A stretch of 64,000 nucleotides of DNA from Nanobdellati archaeon (GTDB lineage Archaea > Nanobdellota > Nanobdellia > Woesearchaeales > GCA-2686295), in contig JACNFY010000034.1 in NCBI GenBank assembly GCA_014384375.1, positions 1,674-65,673 of the forward strand, read 5' to 3'. A model generated the notes under the pieces. The model saw only the letters and a program-made list of their open reading frames with translations. It was not told the origin of the DNA and did no database searches. The position numbers were made by a program, and so were the translations under genes. Shown here in pieces: positions 9,674 through 18,849 of this stretch. How positions within the stretch are numbered: the first letter of the stretch is position 1; each line of letters begins with the position of its first letter.

Positions 9674-11773
9674 ATGTCTCTTTTTAACAAACCTCTTTTC
9701 AAGCTTTTCTTGACTTTTTGGATTATTTATGCTTCTTTTGCTAATCTTAGTGGTTGGAATGAAAACTCTCGTTTAGATCTAACAAGGGCCATTGTTGATG
9801 AGGGAACTTTTAAGATTGATACTTATGCTAATAATACTGGTGACCGTGCTTATTATAATGGTCATTATTATTCTGACAAGTTTCCAGGGGCTTCTTTCTT
9901 AGCTGTTCCTCCTTATTTTGTTTTTAAACATGTTTTTGGAACTCCAAGCATAAATGATAATTTTTATGAGACAAATCCTGATCCTTTATATAACGGCATG
10001 GTTTTTTTTGTGATAATCTTTACTTCTGCTTTGTTCTCAGCATTAACTGTTGTATTAGTATATAAAACAGCTGGTTTCTTTACAAACAAAAAGAGTCATA
10101 AATATATTGTAGCAATAGCTTATGGCTTAGGAACGATTGCTTTTTCTCAAGCGACATTATTCATGGGTCATGCGATAGCTACTTTCTTTTCATTTGCAGC
10201 TTTTTATTTTGTTTTTAAGATGAGGAAAGAGAAAAAAGATTATTTATTTTTTGCAGGCATTCTTGGAGGATTTGCTATTATAACAGAACCATTAACTTTC
10301 TTGATAATTCTTGGTTGTTTTATTTTAGTCTTATTAACTAAAAAATTAAAGAACGTTCTTAATTTTAGTATTGGTTGCTTTTTGATTCTTTTAATGTTGT
10401 TTGGTTATAACTATGCTGTTTTTGAAGATCCTTTAGCTTCATCATATAATTATGTTGATATTGATTTTTACAGTTTGAGTTATAAGGACTTATCAATATC
10501 AAGCTGTAGTTTTTCTTCTCCCGTTAATGAAAATATTTTTCAGAAAATGAAATATCGAATATTTAAAAATATTCCTTGTAGAAGTTCAACACTTCAATAT
10601 TACAGTCCTGAATTAAATGCTATTGTGAAAGAGACTAATGATTTTAGTGAAGAAAGTTTTTTACTATTATATGAACAAAACTCAGCAGAAGGAACTTTTA
10701 ATTATTCAATTAAGAGAAATACATATTTTAAAAATGGAATAGAACAAGTTATGTACTCAAAAATAGTTCTTATTGGGGATGTATTATTCTATAACAAGAA
10801 TGTAACACAGTACACAGTTTTTGTAAATAAACAATTACTGCCAGTTAATTCTCGAGATTGGAAGAAATCAGCCGATTTTTACTTAGATTCGAATGGTATT
10901 CTTAAATACAATTATTTATTTGGAACTTATTCTTATACTAATTGCCCTTGGTTAAATGAGTATTATTATCCTTTTAATATTAGTAAACTTGAAACTTCAA
11001 AATGTGAGGAGAAGTTCTTCTATAGTTTTAATGGGAGTTTAATGCTTAAAAAAACTATTCGTGCTAATCTTACATATATTGGAAATGAAACATTGAATAT
11101 TAATTCTGAGAATTTTAATGTATACAAATTCAAAAACGAATTTTTTCTAGAACCAGAATATGATTATACTGTCATCATTAGAAATGTTGTTAGATTACTA
11201 TTTTATCCTTATAGAGGTTTGTTATTTTATAGCCCTATATTGTTTGTTTCAATCATAGGTTTGTGTTTCATGTATAGAAAATATAAGTTTGAAGCTATAA
11301 TGATTTCTTTGCTTTTTTTCCTTCTTTTACTTTTTAACGCTCAACAAACACTTTGGTGGGGGGGAACATCTTTTGGGCCAAGACAACTTTTACCCATCAT
11401 ACCTTTTTTAATAATTCCGTTATTGTTCTCTCTTAAAAAAATTAATATAAAATTTATATTATTAATAATGATGATTTCTGTATTTGTTAATCTTGTTGGT
11501 TTGGAAGAGTTAGAACAAAAATATGTGGTTGTTAATGAGGGTATTAGTTTCGAACCAGAACTTTGGAATAAGTTGGACTCATGGCAGCCAATAGCTAATC
11601 CTTTGTTTGATCATTATGCACCGTTATTTGCAAATTATGGTCCAAGAAGTGAGTTGCTTGAAAAAATGTTTGGAGTTAAGTTTATACCTTTTCTTAATGT
11701 ATTATTCTTATTATTAATAATTATCTTTATATTTAAAATAAACATCAGAAAAAGCAGAGTGAATAAAAATTAG
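9674..11773 (+). CDS. GT-C-like multi-TM glycosyltransferase with a large extracytoplasmic C-terminal domain
   Basis: 699 aa. The N-terminal ~240 aa has many TM helices and a VDEGTF loop motif like PMT/ArnT-type transferases. It is followed by an Asn/Tyr-rich soluble domain and further C-terminal TM helices. Confidence 0.45.
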   Translation: MSLFNKPLFKLFLTFWIIYASFANLSGWNENSRLDLTRAIVDEGTFKIDTYANNTGDRAYYNGHYYSDKFPGASFLAVPPYFVFKHVFGTPSINDNFYETNPDPLYNGMVFFVIIFTSALFSALTVVLVYKTAGFFTNKKSHKYIVAIAYGLGTIAFSQATLFMGHAIATFFSFAAFYFVFKMRKEKKDYLFFAGILGGFAIITEPLTFLIILGCFILVLLTKKLKNVLNFSIGCFLILLMLFGYNYAVFEDPLASSYNYVDIDFYSLSYKDLSISSCSFSSPVNENIFQKMKYRIFKNIPCRSSTLQYYSPELNAIVKETNDFSEESFLLLYEQNSAEGTFNYSIKRNTYFKNGIEQVMYSKIVLIGDVLFYNKNVTQYTVFVNKQLLPVNSRDWKKSADFYLDSNGILKYNYLFGTYSYTNCPWLNEYYYPFNISKLETSKCEEKFFYSFNGSLMLKKTIRANLTYIGNETLNINSENFNVYKFKNEFFLEPEYDYTVIIRNVVRLLFYPYRGLLFYSPILFVSIIGLCFMYRKYKFEAIMISLLFFLLLLFNAQQTLWWGGTSFGPRQLLPIIPFLIIPLLFSLKKINIKFILLIMMISVFVNLVGLEELEQKYVVVNEGISFEPELWNKLDSWQPIANPLFDHYAPLFANYGPRSELLEKMFGVKFIPFLNVLFLLLIIIFIFKINIRKSRVNKN

Positions 11774-11801
11774 CAATCTGAAATTAAAAACAAAAAAACT
11801 T

Positions 11802-12905
11802 GTGGAAGAAGACCTATCAAGGTTAGTTTCATTTATTAGCAAGCATTTTAAGAGTTCTACAATTATTCTTGCAGGCAGTTTTTATCATAATGAAGCAACA
11901 ACGTATTCTAGTAATGGAGAGTTAAAATTTTTTAGTGATTATGACATATTCATTGCCTTTGATTACTACAATCCTTTTACATTCATGTTGAATACTTTAA
12001 AATTGAAAAAATTTAAAGTTGAGTTAAAGAAGTTACAGGAGGTTTTGAATAACAAAAAAGTTGATTTGAATTTTATTTGGAGACCATTAATAAAAATGGG
12101 CATCCAGAGAGGAGTCAATGAAGGAAAAGTTTTGTATGGAAATAGAGGTTATATAAGGAAACAAAGAGGAAAGAGATATTTCAGGAATTGCGACTTATTT
12201 TATCTATTAGAACAAAACTACACATTTCTATTGCTAAGTAATCCCTTAATAAAACAAAAAAGTATGGCTTGTTACTTTGTAATAAAAACTGTTTTACAAT
12301 CATTAGAAATACTGTACTTGAGAACATTTAACGAAACCGAAACTTACAACAAGAAATATATTTTAGATAAAATAAGAAATTCAAACTTTATAGATAAAAG
12401 AGAAGAAATAACTTGCAAAAAATGTTTAAACAGAAAGATTGAATCAAAAAAAAACACTATTTTTTATGACACAAATTTATGGTTTGAAGCAAGAGACCTT
12501 TTAGACAAAGTTTTATTTAAGATATTTAAAACAGAAGAGAAAGAAAAGCTATTAAACAAAATATCTAAAAACATAACTTTTCATTTAAAAATCAAAAATG
12601 GGTTATTACTACTGAAATTCTTACTAAAAAACAGAATCAAAGTTAATTATTTTCAAATTCTTAACATACCTTTAATAAATTTCTTCAATAAGTTTAATCT
12701 TGTTCATTGTATAGAAAAAAATTTTGAAATAAACAAAAAACAGCTAACTGAAGTTGAGAACGGTATCTTCAAAATAAACAAAGAGAAAAATAAATTTAGT
12801 GATTCTGAAAAAAGGTTTTTCTGGTCTTTTGAGAAAATAACTACATATAAAAAAGAAAATCCTTTAGAGATTAAAACCGGAGAAAGAAAACATTTTTATT
12901 TCTAA
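11802..12905 (+). CDS. nucleotidyltransferase-fold protein (NTase-1)
   Basis: IILAGSFYHNEATTYSSNGELKFFSDYDIFIAFD is a GS...[DE]h[DE]h pol-beta NTase core, followed by a long helical Lys-rich C-terminal region. Confidence 0.5.
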   Translation: MEEDLSRLVSFISKHFKSSTIILAGSFYHNEATTYSSNGELKFFSDYDIFIAFDYYNPFTFMLNTLKLKKFKVELKKLQEVLNNKKVDLNFIWRPLIKMGIQRGVNEGKVLYGNRGYIRKQRGKRYFRNCDLFYLLEQNYTFLLLSNPLIKQKSMACYFVIKTVLQSLEILYLRTFNETETYNKKYILDKIRNSNFIDKREEITCKKCLNRKIESKKNTIFYDTNLWFEARDLLDKVLFKIFKTEEKEKLLNKISKNITFHLKIKNGLLLLKFLLKNRIKVNYFQILNIPLINFFNKFNLVHCIEKNFEINKKQLTEVENGIFKINKEKNKFSDSEKRFFWSFEKITTYKKENPLEIKTGERKHFYF

Positions 12906-12924
12906 CAATTTTCTCTTTAATCAA

Positions 12925-13698
12925 ATGAACGACCTTTACCAAAATGAAGAATTATTTAATAAATTCTGGACAAACAGAGAAAGGCTTTATCCTTCCAGCA
13001 ATTTCGAAGAATGGAAAAAAGATGTTTTATTTGTAATTCTAGATGATATTATCAAAGAAAACAAAAAGAAAGAACTTAGATTCCTTGATGTTGGTTGTGG
13101 TTTAGGCAGTAATGTTTTGGATTACAGTAAAAAACTAGAGAAACCAAAAGTTTTCTTAATAGATTTATCCAAGAAAGTTATATCAATGATACACAAGGAA
13201 CTAACAACCTCTCAAAATAAATATGTTAAGTCTAAGCAGGCAAGTGCTTTAAAAATTCCTTTTCAAGACAATTATTTCGATTTTGTTTTTAGCAATCAAG
13301 TAAATCATTATTTTAAAGGCGAAGATAGAAAAAAAGCATTCTCAGAATTATATAGGGTTTGTAAACCAAAAGGTCATGTTTTTATTTGTGTTGGGAACAA
13401 GTATTACATTCCCTGGCAATTAACTCATTTTTTTAAAGACAAAGTTTTAGATACTTGGATTCATGGGCATATGAGTTTTTACTCTTATTCTGAATTAAAA
13501 AAATTTATGACTGGTTTTAAACTAAAATATTTATTTGGTATTGGAAATGCATATAGAATCCCGAAAAGTTTTTTATTATTTTTGAATAAAATTTTTTATA
13601 GAAAATATAATCCTTTTTATTTTTACAAACCAGTTGTTCCATTTCCCAAGATTCTTGCTCAATATTTTTATCTTATAGGTAGAAAGGAAAAAAATTAA
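12925..13698 (+). CDS. class I SAM-dependent methyltransferase
   Basis: Motif I LDVGCGLGSN and the post-II segment LYRVCKPKGHVFI. The gap from the upstream gene is 19 nt. Confidence 0.7.
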   Translation: MNDLYQNEELFNKFWTNRERLYPSSNFEEWKKDVLFVILDDIIKENKKKELRFLDVGCGLGSNVLDYSKKLEKPKVFLIDLSKKVISMIHKELTTSQNKYVKSKQASALKIPFQDNYFDFVFSNQVNHYFKGEDRKKAFSELYRVCKPKGHVFICVGNKYYIPWQLTHFFKDKVLDTWIHGHMSFYSYSELKKFMTGFKLKYLFGIGNAYRIPKSFLLFLNKIFYRKYNPFYFYKPVVPFPKILAQYFYLIGRKEKN

Positions 13699-13730
13699 AT
13701 TTAAAAAAGAAAAGTGCTTGAAGGTTAAAT

Positions 13731-14825
13731 ATGAATAACAATAACTCTTTTTTAATGTATGCGTTAAAAAGATCTAAAAACTATTTGTTAAATAATCTGA
13801 ATTATTATTATAGTGGTATAAATTCATCAAAGCCAAATGTTTTTATTTTTGTTTTTACCAAAAAGTGCAACTTTCGTTGCACACACTGTGACATCTGGAA
13901 AGAAAAAAACTTTGGTGATGAGATAAGTCTAGATGATTGGAAAAAAGCAGCGACCAATATCTTCAATTGGGTAGGTCCTTTTATTGCTAGCATCACCGGA
14001 GGAGAAGCTTTTCTAAGAAAAGACTTGTTTGAATTTGCAGATTTTCTGAAAGATAAGTGCATTGAATTAAAATTAAACACTAATGGTTCATTAATCAATG
14101 AAAGGATTGCAAAAAGACTTTCTAAAAGTCCTTTCAAAACCTTCATATTCTCACTTTATAGTCTAAGTAACCATACTAATGATAAGCTTAGGGGTATAAA
14201 AGGATCATATAAAAAAACACTTAGAGCAATTAATTTAATGAATAAATATTGTGAGAAATATGGTTTTAAGAAGAAGATGTGTATAGCTGTGCTAATAACA
14301 AAGTATAACTTATTAGAACTATCTAAGATAGTTATATGGGCTAAAACCATGAATGTAAAGGTAATTTTGCAACCTCTTCTAAAAAATTTTGATACAGATT
14401 TTGAATCAGATTGGATTGATAGAAGTAAACTTTGGCCTAATGATAGAGAATTAATTCACCAAATTTTTAAGGAAATAATTCATATGAAAAAAAATGGTTT
14501 TCCAATCAGCAATGATATATCACAATTAGAAATGATGAAGAACTATTATTTAAGAAATAAAGAAGAAGTGCTCAAACATAAATGCAAAGTTGGAGTTGAC
14601 AACATCACAATTTATCAAGATGGTAATATTAAGTTTTGTTCTTTAGCTAATAATATTGGGAACATAAAAAATAATTCGATAAGCAAGATATGGAAGTCTA
14701 TAACTGCAAAAGAAGAAAGACAAACTTTATTTGATTGCAAAAAAGATTGCAGAGTTCATCCCTGCTATTATGACAAACCATTAAAAGCTAAGATTAATGG
14801 GTTTATTAGTGAATATAAAAACTAG
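13731..14825 (+). CDS. radical SAM/SPASM-domain enzyme (rSAM-1)
   Basis: CNFRCTHC motif at residue ~46, ITGGEAF, and a C-terminal CKVG...FCSLAN...CKKDCRVHPC auxiliary-cluster Cys pattern. There is no N-terminal RRE-sized extension. Confidence 0.7.
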   Translation: MNNNNSFLMYALKRSKNYLLNNLNYYYSGINSSKPNVFIFVFTKKCNFRCTHCDIWKEKNFGDEISLDDWKKAATNIFNWVGPFIASITGGEAFLRKDLFEFADFLKDKCIELKLNTNGSLINERIAKRLSKSPFKTFIFSLYSLSNHTNDKLRGIKGSYKKTLRAINLMNKYCEKYGFKKKMCIAVLITKYNLLELSKIVIWAKTMNVKVILQPLLKNFDTDFESDWIDRSKLWPNDRELIHQIFKEIIHMKKNGFPISNDISQLEMMKNYYLRNKEEVLKHKCKVGVDNITIYQDGNIKFCSLANNIGNIKNNSISKIWKSITAKEERQTLFDCKKDCRVHPCYYDKPLKAKINGFISEYKN

Positions 14826-14837
14826 ATAAGATAAAAA

Positions 14838-15854
14838 TTGGTTAACTACAATTTGAAATTTTCATTAAAAGAAACTCCTAAGATAAGAAAAGATGTAATC
14901 CTAAACCTAAATAAAATTGTTGTATATTTAGAAGAAAAAATTCCTAATTCCGCAATTGGATTGTGGGGAAGCTTCTCATATGGTGAGGGAAGAGTAAAAA
15001 AGGTAAATGGAACTCTAAAATATCAAGATGATATGGACATATTTATATATACAAATTCACTTGTTAAATACTTAAAATGGCATAATAAAATTAAAAATCT
15101 AGGCGAAAAATTAAATATTAATGCGGAAGTATGTGTCTGGGTTAAATGTATTCCATTAATTAGGTTAGGATTATCTTTCTGCGGCTTTCCAAAAATGTTG
15201 AATAAAAAAAAACTTGATATGTTCAAAGAAAAAAGATTTCCTCAAATTATAGAATCAACAAAATATTTATTAGAAAGCCATCAGTATATGTTCAGATTTA
15301 TAACAACAAAAAATAGAGAGAATCTAATTAAAGCTTATATTAGATTGTATAGATCATTAGAAATTTATGATAGAAAAAACAAAGAAGTATTTTCATTAAA
15401 AAACAATCTAAAAAGCTTAGAGAAATACAGAAAAGAGCTAACTAAACAACAGAACGATATTCTAAAATCTGCAATAAAAATCAGACTTGGTATGAAAAGT
15501 AAAACTAAAATTGATTTTTCATCAATATTTAAAATGAAGTCATTGTTTGAGAAAATGTTTTATAAGTTAAATAATAAAAATGGGCTCTTTATTGTTAGAT
15601 ATCAACTAATAATTTGGAAGTATTTGTTTTTTAATAAAAAGCCAATAAAGATACTTATTAATTTTAATAAACAAAGATTAGCTGCGAGTAATTATTTATT
15701 AAACTCAATAACTGAGAAAAAGCGAATAAATGATGAGTACCTGAAAAAAGCAGAATATATAGTAACAAATATTTTATCTGAAAAGCCAAGAACTAATTCA
15801 AAAGAAAAAAGATTCAAGTGGGTTGCTGATAAGTTATGGGAAATCTACAAATGA
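14838..15854 (+). CDS. nucleotidyltransferase-fold protein (NTase-2), paralog of 16471..17502
   Basis: GLWGSFSYGEGRVKKVNGTLKYQDDMDIFIY NTase core. It aligns along its whole length (~45% identity by eye) with the ORF at 16471. Confidence 0.55.
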   Translation: MVNYNLKFSLKETPKIRKDVILNLNKIVVYLEEKIPNSAIGLWGSFSYGEGRVKKVNGTLKYQDDMDIFIYTNSLVKYLKWHNKIKNLGEKLNINAEVCVWVKCIPLIRLGLSFCGFPKMLNKKKLDMFKEKRFPQIIESTKYLLESHQYMFRFITTKNRENLIKAYIRLYRSLEIYDRKNKEVFSLKNNLKSLEKYRKELTKQQNDILKSAIKIRLGMKSKTKIDFSSIFKMKSLFEKMFYKLNNKNGLFIVRYQLIIWKYLFFNKKPIKILINFNKQRLAASNYLLNSITEKKRINDEYLKKAEYIVTNILSEKPRTNSKEKRFKWVADKLWEIYK

Positions 15855-16458
15855 TTTAAAAATATTTAAATATAGACTTCAAATAGTTATTTTGATGATA
15901 TCTCCAATTATTAACAATCTAATTTATTTGCTTCTCATTATTTTGTGTTTATGTATAATAATAGTAACAGTAATTATTTTTCTTAGCCGAAAAGCAATTG
16001 GAATTTCAAAGACTGATAAGAGATTCATGAAGATAGCTTACAAAGAAGCTGAGATGGCTCTAAAAGCTAAAAACGGCCCTGTTGGCGCTGTTTTGACTAT
16101 TAATGATAAAATAATTGCTAAAGCTCATAATCAAGTTGAAACAAGTAAAAATTACTTTGCTCATGCAGAAATACTAACTATAAATAAAGCTCTTAGAAAA
16201 CTAAACATAAAAAATTTTGGCGAAATAAAAAACAAAGCTATATTATATACTACTTATGATCCTTGTACATTTTGTGAAGGATTTATTATCTGGGCAAAAG
16301 TTTCAAGAATTATTGTGGGGAAAAATGAACCATTAGTGAACTCTATAAAAAAAGACATGTCTCATTTAACTTATAAAATAAGAAAAAAAGGCGGGTTATA
16401 CATAGACATACAAACAAAATTATTCAAAAAATTCCTAATCGTCAATATTAAAAAATAA
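15823..16458 (+). CDS. membrane-anchored CDA-fold deaminase (TadA/CDA-like)
   Basis: HAEILTI ... YDPCTFCEGFII are the H[AC]E and PCxxC zinc-binding motifs of the cytidine/tRNA-adenosine deaminase fold. There is an N-terminal hydrophobic helix. The ORF overlaps the upstream gene, and the in-frame Met at 15895 is a more likely start. Confidence 0.6.
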   Translation: MLISYGKSTNDLKIFKYRLQIVILMISPIINNLIYLLLIILCLCIIIVTVIIFLSRKAIGISKTDKRFMKIAYKEAEMALKAKNGPVGAVLTINDKIIAKAHNQVETSKNYFAHAEILTINKALRKLNIKNFGEIKNKAILYTTYDPCTFCEGFIIWAKVSRIIVGKNEPLVNSIKKDMSHLTYKIRKKGGLYIDIQTKLFKKFLIVNIKK

Positions 16459-16470
16459 ATACTAATTTGT

Positions 16471-17502
16471 GTGATAAGATTGAGAAATTATAATTTTAAC
16501 TTTGCTTTAAATGAAACTAAAGAAATAAGAGAAAAAATTTGTTCTGATATTGATAAGATTGTTAGTTATTTAGAAGGTCTTATTTCTGGTTGTGCTGTTG
16601 GATTGTGGGGTAGTTTTTCTTTTGGTGAAGGACGTGTAAAAGAAGTTAACAATAAACTAGAGTATGTAGATGATCTGGATTTTGTTGTCTATACTAATTC
16701 AATTGTAAAGTTTTTCAAATGGAATAATAATAAAACGCTAAAGAATCTGAATGAAAAATTAAATATCAATGCAGAAATCTGTGTTTGGGTTAAATGTATT
16801 CCATTAATAAAGCTTAGATTGTTTTTTTGTGGGTTTCCAAGAATACTAAATAAAAAAGGGGTTAATATTTTCAAAGAAAAGAATATTCCAACAATACATG
16901 TTTATTCAACTTATTTACTAAAAAGCTATTATCGTCTCTTTAAATATGTATTAACAAACGAAAAACATTTTCTGAGGAAAGCATATATTGAAGTTTTCAG
17001 GTCTTTAGTGTTCAGTAAAAAAAGGGACAAAGATACTTTTTCATTGAAGCATAATTTAAATCAGTTAAACGAGTATAAGAAAATTCTAACTAAAGAGCAG
17101 TATAGAATAATTGAGTGTTCTATAGAAAGCCGATTGAGTTTAAAAACAAAAAGTGAAATAGGTTATGATTCTATATCTAAAATGAAACCCTTATATGACA
17201 AACTTTTTAATAAATATTATAGAACAACTAGCACATTCTCTATGAAGTATTACTTTAAACTTATTAAATTTCTTTTACAAGAAAAAAAGATTCCCAACAT
17301 TTTCATTAATTTTAGCAAAAAGAGATTTTTAATTCATCATTATTTATTGCAAGCTTTAGAAAAAAATAAAAAGATAAATGAGTCCTATTTGAAAAAAGCA
17401 GAAGATACAATTAAAAAAATGTGTTATGAAACAAACCAATACAAATCTTTAGAAGAAAGATTTTCATGGTGTATAAAAAATTTAGAGTATATCTGGAGAT
17501 AA
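16471..17502 (+). CDS. nucleotidyltransferase-fold protein (NTase-3)
   Basis: GLWGSFSFGEGRVKEVNNKLEYVDDLDFVVY. Clear paralog of the ORF at 14838. Confidence 0.55.
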   Translation: MIRLRNYNFNFALNETKEIREKICSDIDKIVSYLEGLISGCAVGLWGSFSFGEGRVKEVNNKLEYVDDLDFVVYTNSIVKFFKWNNNKTLKNLNEKLNINAEICVWVKCIPLIKLRLFFCGFPRILNKKGVNIFKEKNIPTIHVYSTYLLKSYYRLFKYVLTNEKHFLRKAYIEVFRSLVFSKKRDKDTFSLKHNLNQLNEYKKILTKEQYRIIECSIESRLSLKTKSEIGYDSISKMKPLYDKLFNKYYRTTSTFSMKYYFKLIKFLLQEKKIPNIFINFSKKRFLIHHYLLQALEKNKKINESYLKKAEDTIKKMCYETNQYKSLEERFSWCIKNLEYIWR

Positions 17503-17503
17503 A

Positions 17504-18541
17504 ATGCTGCGAAAACAAGTGAAAGAAGGTACAAATTTTATAAGAAGGAGATTATCTCATCTAACACGTTTAAATATTGTAAAACCCAGTTATTTTACAT
17601 TTGAACTCACTAATAAATGTAATTTTTTTTGTAAATATTGTGATCAATGGAAAATTAAACCTGATAAAGAACTTTCATTACTTGAATGGAAGTGTGTTTC
17701 TAAAAAAATATTTGACTGGATGGGGCCTTATAATGTTAAGCTAAGTGGAGGAGAACCTTTTTTGAAGAAAAATATTTTTGATCTTATAAGATACAACAAT
17801 AATTTAGGGATTAAAACCATGATTAATTCGAATGGTTATTTAATAGATGATAAGTTGGCAGAAAAAATTGTTAAATCAAATGTTCATTTTATTAAAATTT
17901 CTTTGATTAGCTTTAACAAAGATGTGAACGAGGATTTAAGGGGAAGAAAAGATGTATTTGAAAAAAGCATGAATGCTGTTAAGAAATTAGTTTATTGGAA
18001 GCAGAAACTTAACTCAAATATAAACATATCTCTTGCGTTTTTAATGAATTCTCAGAATTTAGAAGAAGTTGAAGAAATGATTTTATGGGCGAAGAAAATA
18101 GGCGTTAGGATTTATTTACAAGTTTTAGTGCATAATTTCAAATCAGACGTACGAGAGAATTTGGAAAAAAGCGAGCTTTGGCCTAAAAATAAGAAACAAA
18201 TAAAAGAAGTTTTCAGAAAAATTATTTTGCTTAAAAAAAATAATTATCCTATAGTTCAATCTATGCCTATATTAAAATTAATGAGAGAATATTTTTTAAG
18301 AAATGAGAAGATAATATTAAGAACACCTTGCAAAATTTCCTATTACAGCTTTATTGTTGATCCTGAAGGAAATGTGAGATTTTGTTTTGGAAGGCATAAA
18401 AATGGGTTAGTTGGTAACATAAAAGAAGATTCGCCTAAAGATATATGGTTCAGTAAACAATCTAATATTGAAAGAGAAAATATTCGTAATTGCAGGGAAT
18501 TTTGCAGGGTTCATAAACCTGGAAGAGGTTTTTTAATCTGA
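17504..18541 (+). CDS. radical SAM/SPASM-domain enzyme (rSAM-2)
   Basis: TNKCNFFCKYC, LSGGEPFLKK, and C-terminal CKISYY...FCFGRH...CREFCRVH. Paralog of the ORFs at 13731 and 18846. It lies 1 nt after NTase-3. Confidence 0.7.
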   Translation: MLRKQVKEGTNFIRRRLSHLTRLNIVKPSYFTFELTNKCNFFCKYCDQWKIKPDKELSLLEWKCVSKKIFDWMGPYNVKLSGGEPFLKKNIFDLIRYNNNLGIKTMINSNGYLIDDKLAEKIVKSNVHFIKISLISFNKDVNEDLRGRKDVFEKSMNAVKKLVYWKQKLNSNINISLAFLMNSQNLEEVEEMILWAKKIGVRIYLQVLVHNFKSDVRENLEKSELWPKNKKQIKEVFRKIILLKKNNYPIVQSMPILKLMREYFLRNEKIILRTPCKISYYSFIVDPEGNVRFCFGRHKNGLVGNIKEDSPKDIWFSKQSNIERENIRNCREFCRVHKPGRGFLI

Positions 18542-18545
18542 AAAT

Positions 18546-18849
18546 ATGAAAATGGAAAAGTTAAAACCTTTTAGCTTTACTCTGAATGAGACTCCAACAA
18601 TAAGAAGAAAAATTTGTTCTGACCTTGATAAAATAGCAGATTATATAGAGAAAACAGTTCCGAATTCTGTAGTCGGTTTATGGAGTGCCTTTTCATACGG
18701 AAAGGGAAGGGTAAAAGAGATAGATGGAAAATATCTTAAAAAAGCAGAAAAAATCTTAGAGGATTACTTTTGTGAAGAAAGAATGGGCATCTCTAAAAAA
18801 AGAGAGATTTGCACGAGTTGCTGATAAATTAGTGGAACTTTACAAATGA
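18546..18849 (+). pseudogene. decayed NTase paralog (NTase-4 remnant): internal deletion plus 3' frameshift
   Basis: The 92-aa ORF keeps the N-terminal ~60 aa of the NTase family, but the GS motif is degraded to SAFSYGKG and the acidic triad is missing. It then jumps to the family C-terminus (YLKKAE...). The last family segment ERFARVADKLVELYK* is readable only in the -1 frame and ends at a TGA overlapping the ATG of rSAM-3 at 18846. Confidence 0.5.
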
